From Actinomycetes bacterium (lineage in GTDB: Bacteria > Actinomycetota > Acidimicrobiia > Acidimicrobiales > Bog-793): DNA of 36,281 nucleotides. A program made the position numbers and the translations under genes. The stretch spans positions 1 to 36,281 of the forward strand of contig JAKATT010000216.1 in assembly GCA_021818615.1 (NCBI GenBank), read 5' to 3'. Each line of letters begins with the position of its first letter. Positions within the stretch are counted from its first letter, which is position 1. This document shows, piece by piece, positions 25,907-36,281 of the stretch. The notes beneath the pieces are model-generated. The model made no database searches, was not told the origin of the DNA, and saw only the letters and a program-made list of their open reading frames with translations.

Positions 25907-26670
25907 CGGTGCCACCTGCTCGTCTCTCGGCGCTCGGCGGGCCGCCTCGTCGCGCGTGCGGCTCCTTTTGCAGGCGCCTCGGCCTGCAGGGTAGGGCTGG
26001 TGGCATGCATCGTGTCACTGCTGAACAGCTCGCGGAACGCCGACTCGCTGCGGGCGCTCACCAGCAGGTGCAGGACGTCACCTTCCTGGCCGACCAGAGT
26101 GTCGACGTCGAGCAGCGCTTGGCCCGCCCGTGTCACGGCCACGAGCTTCATCGACGGCGATGGACCAGACGCGAGCGCATCGCACACGCTGCGCCCAGCC
26201 CATGCGGCCGGGAGCGTGCGTTCGACGATGTGGAGCTGTCCGGACGAGTCTGTCCAGTCGAAGGCCCCCGCTCCGGGCAGGATCTTGCGGAAGACCTGGT
26301 CTATCGTCCAGCTCACTGACGGCACGGTGGGGATGCCGAGGCGCTGGAAGATCTCGGCGCGGCGCGGGTCGTAGATGCGGGCGACGACGTTCGGGATCTC
26401 GTAGGTCTCCCGGGCTATGCGGGCGGTGAGGATGTTCGAGTTGTCGCCACTCGTGACGGCGGCGAGGGCGTCCGCCCGCTCGGCGCCCGCCTCGTCGAGG
26501 TGGCCCCGGTCGAACCCGAACCCGAGCACCTTCTGGCCGCGCCAGCCTCGCGGCAGGCGCCTGAACGCGCTCGCCTGCTTGTCGACGATGGCGACGCTGT
26601 GCCCCTCGGCCTCGAGCTGCGAGGCGAGGCCCGAGCCGACCCGACCGCAGCCGACGACGATGACGTGCAT
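25903..26670 (-). CDS. TrkA-family potassium uptake regulatory protein (RCK; CeoB-like)
   Basis: MHVIVVGCGRVG, AVTSGDNSNILTARIARETY..VVARIYDPRRAEIFQRLGIPTV. ATG at 26670. Confidence 0.93.
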   Translation of the reverse strand: MHVIVVGCGRVGSGLASQLEAEGHSVAIVDKQASAFRRLPRGWRGQKVLGFGFDRGHLDEAGAERADALAAVTSGDNSNILTARIARETYEIPNVVARIYDPRRAEIFQRLGIPTVPSVSWTIDQVFRKILPGAGAFDWTDSSGQLHIVERTLPAAWAGRSVCDALASGPSPSMKLVAVTRAGQALLDVDTLVGQEGDVLHLLVSARSESAFRELFSSDTMHATSPTLQAEAPAKGAARATRRPAERRETSRWHR

Positions 26671-26770
26671 TGATCCCCATCCTTCCCGGTCCGGCCAGCT
26701 CACACAACTACCCGGGAGCTTCAAGGCACTTGATTGAGTGTCGCGTCGACCGGCGGGTCAAGATAGCTGG

Positions 26771-29374
26771 GTGGCAACGTCGCGCCCGGAGGGAACCGAT
26801 ACCCCGGTCACCGGTATCGCACCGGGTGCCTACGTCCTGCCGGAGCCGTTCAGCTACCGCCTGAAGAAGCGCCTCCTCGGCGAACCACTCGTCACCGAGC
26901 GCCTCTCGGAGGAGAAGCTGTCCAAGACAGTCGCGCTCGGCGTCCTGTCACCCGACTGCATCTCGTCCACAGCGTACGGCTCCGAGGAGATGCTCAACCA
27001 GCTCGTGCCGGTGATCGGTGTCGCGGCCTTCAGCCTTCTGCTGCCGGTCACCGGCGCGATCCTGCTGGTGCTGCTCTTCGTCACCCTCTCGTACCGAGAG
27101 GTCGTCATGGTCTACACGAAGGCCGGCGGATCCTACGTGGTGAGCAGGGACAACTTCGGTCCGCGGGTCGCCCAGGTGGCCGCGGTGGCGCTCATCATCG
27201 ACTACATCCTCACGGTCGCCGTGCAGACCTCTGCGGGCACCGACGCGCTCACCTCTGCCTTCCCGGTGCTGATCCCCGCCCACCTGTACATCACCGTCGG
27301 CGTCGTCGCCGTCATCACCTGGGGGAACCTTCGCGGCATCCGCGAGGCGGGGCGGATGTTCGCCCTCCCGACCTATCTGTTCATCTTTGGGATCGCCTCG
27401 CTCGTAGCCGTCGGTCTGGTCCGGCTCGTTCTCGGCGACCTGCCCGTCCATTCGATCCACCACCCGGGCGTCGACATAGGCCACCAGAGCCTGAACGGGC
27501 TGGCGCTCGGGGTGGCCACCATGATGATCCTGCGCTCTTTCGCCAACGGCGGGTCGTCGCTCACCGGCCTCGAGGCGATCTCGAACGGGGTGGCGAACTT
27601 CCGCAAGCCCAACGGCCGAAATGCCCGGCGAGTACTCGTCATAATGTCGGTCACGCTCGGCACGCTCGTGCTCGGAGTCTCGGTCATCGCCTGGCACACG
27701 CACGCCGTTCCATACCGTATCGGCACGCCGACTGTCATCTCCCAGGAGGCGCGCTTCGTCTTCGGGCACTCTCTGGCCGGCAACGTGGCCTTCTACTTCG
27801 TCCAGTTCGTCTCGATGCTGATCCTGTACACAGGAGCGAACACGAGCTTCAACGGCTTCCCCAACCTGGCGAGCTTCGTCGCCGAGGACGCCTACCTACC
27901 CCGCCAGCTCACGAGGCGGGGCCATCGCCTCGTCTTTTCCAACGGCATCCTCATCCTCTCCGTCGTCTCGATCGCGCTCATCATCGGCACGAAGGCCAGC
28001 GTGAACGCGCTCGTGGCGATGTATGCCATCGGCGTCTTCGTCGGCTTCACGATGGCCGGAGCCGGCATGGTGAAGCACCACCTCACCTACCGAGAGAGGG
28101 GATGGCGCTACAAGATATTGATCAACGGCTCTGCCGCCGTGCTCTCGGCGCTGATCGTCGGGATCCTCGCCGTCGTCAAGTTCACCGAGGGGGCCTGGCT
28201 CGTCGTCGCCCTGTTCCCCGTGCTCATCTTCGTGCTCATCCGGCTGCACAAGCAGTACTCCGACGAGAAGGCCGAGCTCGAGCAGAATGCCGGCAGGGCG
28301 GCCGCCGCCCCCGTGCTGCGCCACCACACCGTGCTCGTCTTCGTCGAGCGCCTCGACCTGGCGACCGCCCGGGCGCTGCAGTACGCCCGCACGCTCCAGC
28401 CGGACGAGCTGCGGGCGGTGCACTTCGTTCTCGACAGCGCGCAGGCCCGGGAGCTGCAGAGCCAGTGGAGCCGCCTCGGTCTCAGCCGCTTCCCGCTCGA
28501 TCTCGTCGAGTGTCCGGACCGGCGGATTACCCGGGCGTCGATGGAGCTGGTGGCCGAGGCGGCCGAGGACGGCCAGACCGAGGTGAGCGTCCTCCTGCCG
28601 CGGCGGGTGTTCGAGGGCGCGTGGCGCCGGGTGCTGCACGACCGTACGGCCGATCGCATTGCCGGTTACGTGAGTCAGCTGCCGAACGCCAACGCCACGA
28701 TCGTGCCGTTCCCGCTCGGCAAACGCCGCCGCGAGCTCGTGCCCTGGCGGGGCACCGCCGCCGAGACGGCCTCTGTGGCTGCCGCCGAGCAGTACCTGGC
28801 GTCCTCCGGTGAACCCGTGGCCGGCAGGCGCCGCCGCGCACGCCACGACATCGCGCACCCGTGGGGTCCAGCCGGCGTGGAGCGGTCGCGTCCCGAGGCA
28901 CCCGCGCCCGGTCACATAGCCGGTGAAGCCCGGGCGGGCCAGGCCGCCGGGCCGGGGCAGGCCGCCGGGCCGGGGCAGGCCGCCGGGCCGGGGCAGGCCG
29001 CGCCCGGCGAGGCCGAGCTTGCAGCCGCTGCCTCGGGGGCGCGGGGTCATGCTCTCCCGGACCGCGTCGCCCGCCAGCCAGGCGTCACGACGATCGGGGA
29101 GCTGCGCTGGCGACAGCGGGCCAAGGTGCAGGGTAGGGTGCGGTCCCTCAGGGTGCAGGCAGGAGCAGGCGTCCCGAGCGTCGAGTGCGTCCTCGCCGAC
29201 GAGACAGGCCAGCTAATGCTCGTGTTCCAGGGACGCAGGCGTGTTCCCGGTATCGAGCCGGGCGCTCGCCTGCTCGTAGAAGGGATGGTCGGCGAGCGGG
29301 GACGGCGCACGGCCATGATCAATCCGATGTTCACCATCTTGAAGACGGCGGAGGGCTCAGGCGAGCCCTCGTGA
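26771..29374 (+). CDS. APC-family permease (KimA-like candidate K+ transporter) with C-terminal OB-fold domain
   Basis: LSPDCISSTAYGSEE, GGSYVVSRDN, LTGLEAISNG, FNGFP, RGHRLVFSNGI, KFTEGAW; a cytoplasmic domain; a low-complexity linker; then IGELRWRQRAKVQGRV..LADETG..LVFQGRRRVPGIEPG..VEG..MINP. GTG 26771 lies 6 nt after CAAGAT; 26738 is the alternative. Confidence 0.9.
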   Translation: MATSRPEGTDTPVTGIAPGAYVLPEPFSYRLKKRLLGEPLVTERLSEEKLSKTVALGVLSPDCISSTAYGSEEMLNQLVPVIGVAAFSLLLPVTGAILLVLLFVTLSYREVVMVYTKAGGSYVVSRDNFGPRVAQVAAVALIIDYILTVAVQTSAGTDALTSAFPVLIPAHLYITVGVVAVITWGNLRGIREAGRMFALPTYLFIFGIASLVAVGLVRLVLGDLPVHSIHHPGVDIGHQSLNGLALGVATMMILRSFANGGSSLTGLEAISNGVANFRKPNGRNARRVLVIMSVTLGTLVLGVSVIAWHTHAVPYRIGTPTVISQEARFVFGHSLAGNVAFYFVQFVSMLILYTGANTSFNGFPNLASFVAEDAYLPRQLTRRGHRLVFSNGILILSVVSIALIIGTKASVNALVAMYAIGVFVGFTMAGAGMVKHHLTYRERGWRYKILINGSAAVLSALIVGILAVVKFTEGAWLVVALFPVLIFVLIRLHKQYSDEKAELEQNAGRAAAAPVLRHHTVLVFVERLDLATARALQYARTLQPDELRAVHFVLDSAQARELQSQWSRLGLSRFPLDLVECPDRRITRASMELVAEAAEDGQTEVSVLLPRRVFEGAWRRVLHDRTADRIAGYVSQLPNANATIVPFPLGKRRRELVPWRGTAAETASVAAAEQYLASSGEPVAGRRRRARHDIAHPWGPAGVERSRPEAPAPGHIAGEARAGQAAGPGQAAGPGQAAGPGQAAPGEAELAAAASGARGHALPDRVARQPGVTTIGELRWRQRAKVQGRVRSLRVQAGAGVPSVECVLADETGQLMLVFQGRRRVPGIEPGARLLVEGMVGERGRRTAMINPMFTILKTAEGSGEPS
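28940..29001 (+). repeat. In-frame 18-bp tandem repeat (CAGGCCGCCGGGCCGGGG x3.4) encoding QAAGPG
   Basis: Units at 28940, 28958 and 28976, partial 28994-29001, within the permease/OB-fold linker. Confidence 0.93.
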
Positions 29375-29401
29375 GCCCGGAGCTGTCCTGCTCACGAAAG
29401 T

Positions 29402-29431
29402 TTGAAGCACTGCCGGGCGAGCGTTTATCCT
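29402..29431 (+). promoter_or_regulatory. Putative sigma-70 promoter of hppA
   Basis: TTGAAG (29402-29407) - 18 nt - TATCCT (29426-29431), followed by an AAGGAG SD and GTG 29460. Confidence 0.6.
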
Positions 29432-29459
29432 CGCCCCGACCTCAGCAAAGGAGCTTTCG

Positions 29460-31805
<2,346 letters not shown>

Positions 31806-31817
31806 GGTTCGGCCTCC

Positions 31818-34646
31818 ATGGCCAAGCCACTTGTCATCGTCGAGTCGCCCGCGAAGGCGAAGACCATCGCCGGGTTCCTCGGGCGCGACTACGTCGTCGA
31901 GTCGTCGATCGGCCATGTCCGCGACCTTCCCCGCAAGGCAGCCGAAGTTCCGGCGGCCTTCAAGGGTGAGCCCTGGGCTCGCCTCGGCGTCGACGTCGAC
32001 AACGACTTCAAGGCGCTCTACGTCGTCAGCCCGGACAAGAGGGCGCAGGTTGCCAAGCTGAGGAAGCTCGTTGCCCAGGCGAGCGAGCTCTACCTCGCGA
32101 CTGACGAGGACCGCGAGGGCGAGTCGATCGCCTGGCATCTGGTAGAGGTGCTGTCACCTCGGGTGCCGGTGCGGCGCATGGTCTTCCACGAGATCACGCC
32201 GGCTGCGATCGACGCTGCGATCTCGTCGCCCCGGCAGCTCGACCGTCGCCTCGTCGACGCGCAAGAGGCGCGGCGGATCCTCGATCGCCTGTACGGATAC
32301 GAGGTCTCACCGGTCCTCTGGCGCAAGGTGGCGAGCCGTCTCTCGGCCGGCCGGGTGCAGAGCGTGGCTACTCGCATCGTGGTGGAGCGCGAGCGCGAGC
32401 GGATGGGCTTCCGGTCGGGATCGTGGTGGAGCCTGGAGGGGTTGTTCGAGGCGGCCGGGCAGCGCTTTGGCGCCAGGCTCGTCGACGTCGGCGGCGGGAG
32501 GGTCGCGACCGGCGAGGACTTCCTGCCAAGCGGCCGACTTGCCGAGCCCGGTTCGGTCGTGCTCCTCGACGAGGCGTCCGCCCGGGGGCTCACCGCCTCG
32601 CTCGCGCCGGCATCGTTCAGTGTCGCATCGCTCGAGGAGCGTCCTTACCGGCGCAGCCCGGCGGCGCCCTTCATCACCTCGACGCTCCAGCAGGAGGCCG
32701 CGCGCAAGCTGCGCTTCGGCGCCCAGCGCACCATGCGCCTCGCCCAGTCTCTCTACGAGCGTGGATACATCACCTACATGAGGACGGACTCGACGACTCT
32801 CTCGCAGACGGCAGTGAAGGCTGCGCGCCGCCAGGCCGTGTCCCTCTACGGGCAGTCCTCGATCCCGCCTTCCCCTCGCACCTATCGCAGCCGCGTGAAG
32901 AACGCCCAGGAGGCGCACGAAGCGATCCGGCCGGCCGGCGAGGTGTTCCGGACGCCGGCCGAGGTCTCCCGCGAGCTCGCGGGAGACGAGCTGCGCCTGT
33001 ACGAGCTCGTTTGGCAGCGCACCGTCGCCTCCCAGATGATCGACGCCACCGGGACGAGCGCCCGGGTACGTCTCGAGGCCCTCACCGCGACCGCCTGTCC
33101 GCTCGGGCCGGCCGGCACGCCTGCCGGCTTCGTCGCGACGGGCACGGTGATCACCTCGCCCGGCTTCCTGCGGGTGTACCGGGAGGACGAGGACGAGGCG
33201 GTGGACGCAGCCGAGCGCCGTGAGGAGGACGCCCGCCTGCCGAGGCTGCGCCAGGGCGAGGCGGCCTCGCTCGAGGGCCTCGACGCCGAGGATCACACCA
33301 CGAAGCCGCCGGCGCGCTTCACCGAAGCCTCCCTCGTCCGGCGCCTCGAGGAGCTCGGCGTCGGACGACCGTCCACCTACGCGAGCATCATCCAGACGAT
33401 CCAGGACCGTGGCTACGTCTGGCGCAAGGGCACGGCACTGGTGCCTTCGTTCACCGCCTTCGCCGTCGTCTCGCTCATGGAGCGGCACTTCCCGAACTTG
33501 GTCGACTACGGCTTCACCGCCAGCATGGAGGACGATCTCGACGAGATCGCCTCGGGCCGCGAGGAGCTCGTCCCTTGGCTCGAACGCTTTTACTTCGGTG
33601 AGTCTCGCCACCTCGAGCGCCCGGAGCCCGAGAGCGACAGGAGGGCTCGATCCTCCCGCCAGCCGCGCCACGTCCTCGCCGTGGACGGTCGCCGCGGTCT
33701 CAAGGACGCGGTTCTCGCCCACCTCGAGGAGATCGACGCCCGTGAGGTGAACTCCATCTCGCTCGGTGCTGACCCCGACGGCGAGGAGATCGTCGTGCGT
33801 GTAGGGCGCTACGGTCCGTACCTGCAAAGAGGCGAGGATCGATCGCCGGTGCCCGAGGACCTAGCTCCCGACGAGCTGACCGTCGAACGGGCCCTCGAGC
33901 TTCTCGAGAGCCCGTCGGGCGACCGGGCCCTCGGCTTCGACCCGGCGACAGGAAGGCCAGTGCTTGCCCGGACCGGGCGCTTCGGGCCCTACGTGCAGCT
34001 TGGGCAGGCCGAGGATGGCGGCGATCGCCCGCGGACGGCTTCGCTTCTGCCTTCCATGTCGCTCCAGACTCTCGGCCTCGACGAAGCGCTGAGGCTCCTC
34101 GAGCTGCCCCGTGTCCTCGGCACCGACGAGGCGACCGGCGAGGAGATCGTCGCGATGAACGGCCGGTTCGGGCCGTACCTGAAGCGCGGCGACGACACGC
34201 GCAGCCTCGAGGACGAGGGTCAGCTCTTCCAAGTGACGCTTGCCGAGGCGATCGAGCGGTTCACCCAGCCCAAACAGCGTCGCTTTGCCGCAGCAGCCGC
34301 CCCGCTGCGTGAGCTCGGCGCCGATCCGGTGTCCGGGCAGCCGGTGGTGCTCAGGTCGGGCCGCTTCGGCCCGTATGTCACCGACGGGACGCTGAACGCC
34401 TCGCTACGTCGCGAAGACGACCCTGACACCATCACGATCGAGCGAGCGGCGGCGCTGTTGCAGGCTCGCCGCGAGGCCGGGCCTTCGAAGCGCGGCCGGG
34501 CAGGCAAGCCAGCGCCAGGAGGGAAGAAAGGCACCGGGGCAAGAAGGGCTGCACCGAAGAGGTCAGCAGGCACGAAGAAGGCGCCAGGCAAGAAGGCCCC
34601 TGCCGCGAAGAGAGCCGGCCGGCCGGCGGCGGGCGACTCGCAGTAA
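31818..34646 (+). CDS. topA: DNA topoisomerase I (type IA), actinobacterial type
   Basis: LVIVESPAKAKTI, ATDEDREGE, SAGRVQS, GYITYMRTDS, AQEAHEAIRP, GRPSTYA; four GR(F/Y)GPY C-terminal repeats and a Lys/Ala-rich tail. Confidence 0.98.
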   Translation: MAKPLVIVESPAKAKTIAGFLGRDYVVESSIGHVRDLPRKAAEVPAAFKGEPWARLGVDVDNDFKALYVVSPDKRAQVAKLRKLVAQASELYLATDEDREGESIAWHLVEVLSPRVPVRRMVFHEITPAAIDAAISSPRQLDRRLVDAQEARRILDRLYGYEVSPVLWRKVASRLSAGRVQSVATRIVVERERERMGFRSGSWWSLEGLFEAAGQRFGARLVDVGGGRVATGEDFLPSGRLAEPGSVVLLDEASARGLTASLAPASFSVASLEERPYRRSPAAPFITSTLQQEAARKLRFGAQRTMRLAQSLYERGYITYMRTDSTTLSQTAVKAARRQAVSLYGQSSIPPSPRTYRSRVKNAQEAHEAIRPAGEVFRTPAEVSRELAGDELRLYELVWQRTVASQMIDATGTSARVRLEALTATACPLGPAGTPAGFVATGTVITSPGFLRVYREDEDEAVDAAERREEDARLPRLRQGEAASLEGLDAEDHTTKPPARFTEASLVRRLEELGVGRPSTYASIIQTIQDRGYVWRKGTALVPSFTAFAVVSLMERHFPNLVDYGFTASMEDDLDEIASGREELVPWLERFYFGESRHLERPEPESDRRARSSRQPRHVLAVDGRRGLKDAVLAHLEEIDAREVNSISLGADPDGEEIVVRVGRYGPYLQRGEDRSPVPEDLAPDELTVERALELLESPSGDRALGFDPATGRPVLARTGRFGPYVQLGQAEDGGDRPRTASLLPSMSLQTLGLDEALRLLELPRVLGTDEATGEEIVAMNGRFGPYLKRGDDTRSLEDEGQLFQVTLAEAIERFTQPKQRRFAAAAAPLRELGADPVSGQPVVLRSGRFGPYVTDGTLNASLRREDDPDTITIERAAALLQARREAGPSKRGRAGKPAPGGKKGTGARRAAPKRSAGTKKAPGKKAPAAKRAGRPAAGDSQ

Positions 34647-34657
34647 CCTGCAAGAAC

Positions 34658-35296
34658 GTGGCGCACCCGGCTCTCCTCATCGCCATCGAGGGCGTGGAGG
34701 GGGCGGGCAAGTCGACCCAGGCCACCCGCCTCGGGAGGTCGCTCGGTGCGCACGTCACCCGGGAGCCCGGAGGCACCGCGCTCGGCGAGCAGGTGCGGCG
34801 TCTGCTCCTCGACCCGGCCAGCGGCGACATAGATCCGAGGGCAGAGCTGATGCTGATGCTGGCCGCACGCGCCCAGCACGTCGCCGGGCGGATCCTCCCT
34901 GCGCTCGCGACCGGCACGCATGTCGTCGTCGACCGCTTCTCGGGTTCGACGCTCGCCTACCAGGGCTACGGCCGCGGCCTCGCCGTCGACGAGATCATAC
35001 GAGCCTGCGACTTCGCGGCGGGCGGCAGATGGCCCGACCTGAACGTCCTGCTCGACCTCGACGTGGCGGCGGGTGCCGCCCGGAGGCACGACGAGGAGGC
35101 GGACCGCATCGAGGCAGCCGACGGAGCCTTCCACGACCGTGTGCGGCGCGGCTTTCTCGAGCTCGCCAGCTCCGATCCCGACACCTGGGCAGTGATCGAC
35201 GCCTCCGCCTCTCCCGACGAGGTCGCCGAGCACGTCCTTGCCGCGGTGACCGAGCGCATGGACCTGCTGGGATCCGGGGGGCGGCCGAAGCCGTGA
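34658..35296 (+). CDS. tmk: Thymidylate kinase
   Basis: IEGVEGAGKSTQ P-loop, TREPGGT, DRFSGSTLAYQGYGRG, DRIE. Confidence 0.96.
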   Translation: MAHPALLIAIEGVEGAGKSTQATRLGRSLGAHVTREPGGTALGEQVRRLLLDPASGDIDPRAELMLMLAARAQHVAGRILPALATGTHVVVDRFSGSTLAYQGYGRGLAVDEIIRACDFAAGGRWPDLNVLLDLDVAAGAARRHDEEADRIEAADGAFHDRVRRGFLELASSDPDTWAVIDASASPDEVAEHVLAAVTERMDLLGSGGRPKP

Positions 35297-36281
35297 CGAT
35301 CCCCGCGAGGCCAGCTTCGGCCCGGCTTCGGCCCGCCCCCTCGGCTCACTCGCCCGTCCTGGAGCGCATCGTAGGCCAGGCGCGGGCCGTCAGCCTGCTC
35401 GAGGCGAGCATCGCCGCCCCGCTTCACGCCTACCTGTTCGTCGGGCCCCCCGGAAGCGGCCGGCGGGAAGCGGCTCTTGCCTTCGGGGCTGCTCTCGCCT
35501 GTCCGAACAATGGATGCGGGATCTGCGAGACCTGCCGCGAGGCGCTTGCCGGGCGCCATCCCGACGTGGTAGTCGTGGAGCGCCGGGGAGCCTCGATCTC
35601 CGTCGAGCAGGCTCGAGATGTCACCCGCCTCGCCCTCCGTACGCCGCGGGCCGCCCCCTACCAGGTGCTCGTCCTCGTGGACTTCCACCTCGTGAGCCTG
35701 GCTGCGCCGGCCCTCTTGAAGACGATAGAGGAGCCGCCCGACACCACCGTGATCGTCGTGACTGCCGACTCGGTCCCGGCCGACTTCGTCACGATCGCGA
35801 GCCGGTGCCTTCGAGTCGACTTCGATCCGCTCACCGAGGTCGAGATCGCGCAGGTTCTCGAGCGGGAGGGTGTCGAGCAAGGACGCGCCGCGGCCGTCGC
35901 GCAGGCTGCCGGAGGGCGGCTCGACCGAGCGCGCCTGGCCGTGCGGGACGAGGGCTTCTCAGCGCGCCTCGATCGCTGGCGAGAGCTGCCGTCACGCTTC
36001 GACGGCACGGGCGCCACGGTCGCGCTCCTGGTCAGCGAGCTGGTCGCGGCGGCGGGCGAGCCTGTCGATGTTCTCAAGGCACGTCAGGCCGAAGAGCTGG
36101 AGCACCTCTCCGAGCTCGCCGAGCAGGCCGGCGAGCGCGGCATTCCCGGCCTTCCGCTCGTCGAGGAGCGTCACCGTCGTGAGCAGCGGCGGGCGCGCAC
36201 CGACGAGCTCCGGGCCGGGCTGGCAGCGCTGTCGGCCACCTATCGGGGCAGGCTCGGCGACGGGCGCGCCGCCTCTGGCCT
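35293..36281 (+). CDS. holB: DNA polymerase III subunit delta' (partial, runs off the window)
   Basis: Not in the ORF track because it has no stop in the window. From GTG 35293: IVGQ..HAYLFVGPPGSG..CPNNGCGICETC..HPDV..ALLKTIEEPP..TIASRC; follows tmk with a GTGA overlap. Confidence 0.93.
   Translation, partial: MTIPARPASARLRPAPSAHSPVLERIVGQARAVSLLEASIAAPLHAYLFVGPPGSGRREAALAFGAALACPNNGCGICETCREALAGRHPDVVVVERRGASISVEQARDVTRLALRTPRAAPYQVLVLVDFHLVSLAAPALLKTIEEPPDTTVIVVTADSVPADFVTIASRCLRVDFDPLTEVEIAQVLEREGVEQGRAAAVAQAAGGRLDRARLAVRDEGFSARLDRWRELPSRFDGTGATVALLVSELVAAAGEPVDVLKARQAEELEHLSELAEQAGERGIPGLPLVEERHRREQRRARTDELRAGLAALSATYRGRLGDGRAASG

Overview
High-GC window, most likely from an actinobacterium; gene content and order suggest Acidimicrobiia (inference). 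It is mostly housekeeping or metabolic DNA. From left to right: an MFS transporter; a membrane GAF-GGDEF-EAL c-di-GMP enzyme; a YcaQ-type DNA glycosylase; a probable six-gene operon (two tandem-YbjQ proteins, a hypothetical protein, a PNPOx-like flavoprotein, dtd and a PanE-like reductase); a Liv-type ABC cluster with no ATPase genes; a PAP2 phosphatase; a decayed VOC gene; an acyl-CoA dehydrogenase; DUF6457-like/mobA; glnE and nadE; a sigma-70 factor; a HAD-IB hydrolase; two TrkA proteins; an APC permease fused to an OB-fold; and the conserved hppA-topA-tmk-holB block, with holB cut by the window edge. No rRNA, tRNA or CRISPR array was seen. The most notable non-gene signals are (1) an orphan IS200/IS605 right-end / omega-RNA-like structured segment directly upstream of the ATPase-less ABC operon, (2) a decayed TnpB-related fragment apparently cut by another element end at the left edge, (3) a 27-bp tandem repeat that multiplies the ycaQ start region and creates a coupled uORF, (4) a candidate sRNA with a strong SD and an 8-codon ORF, and (5) a leaderless 25-aa membrane micropeptide missing from the ORF track. 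All family assignments come from reading motifs by eye; no database search was run.
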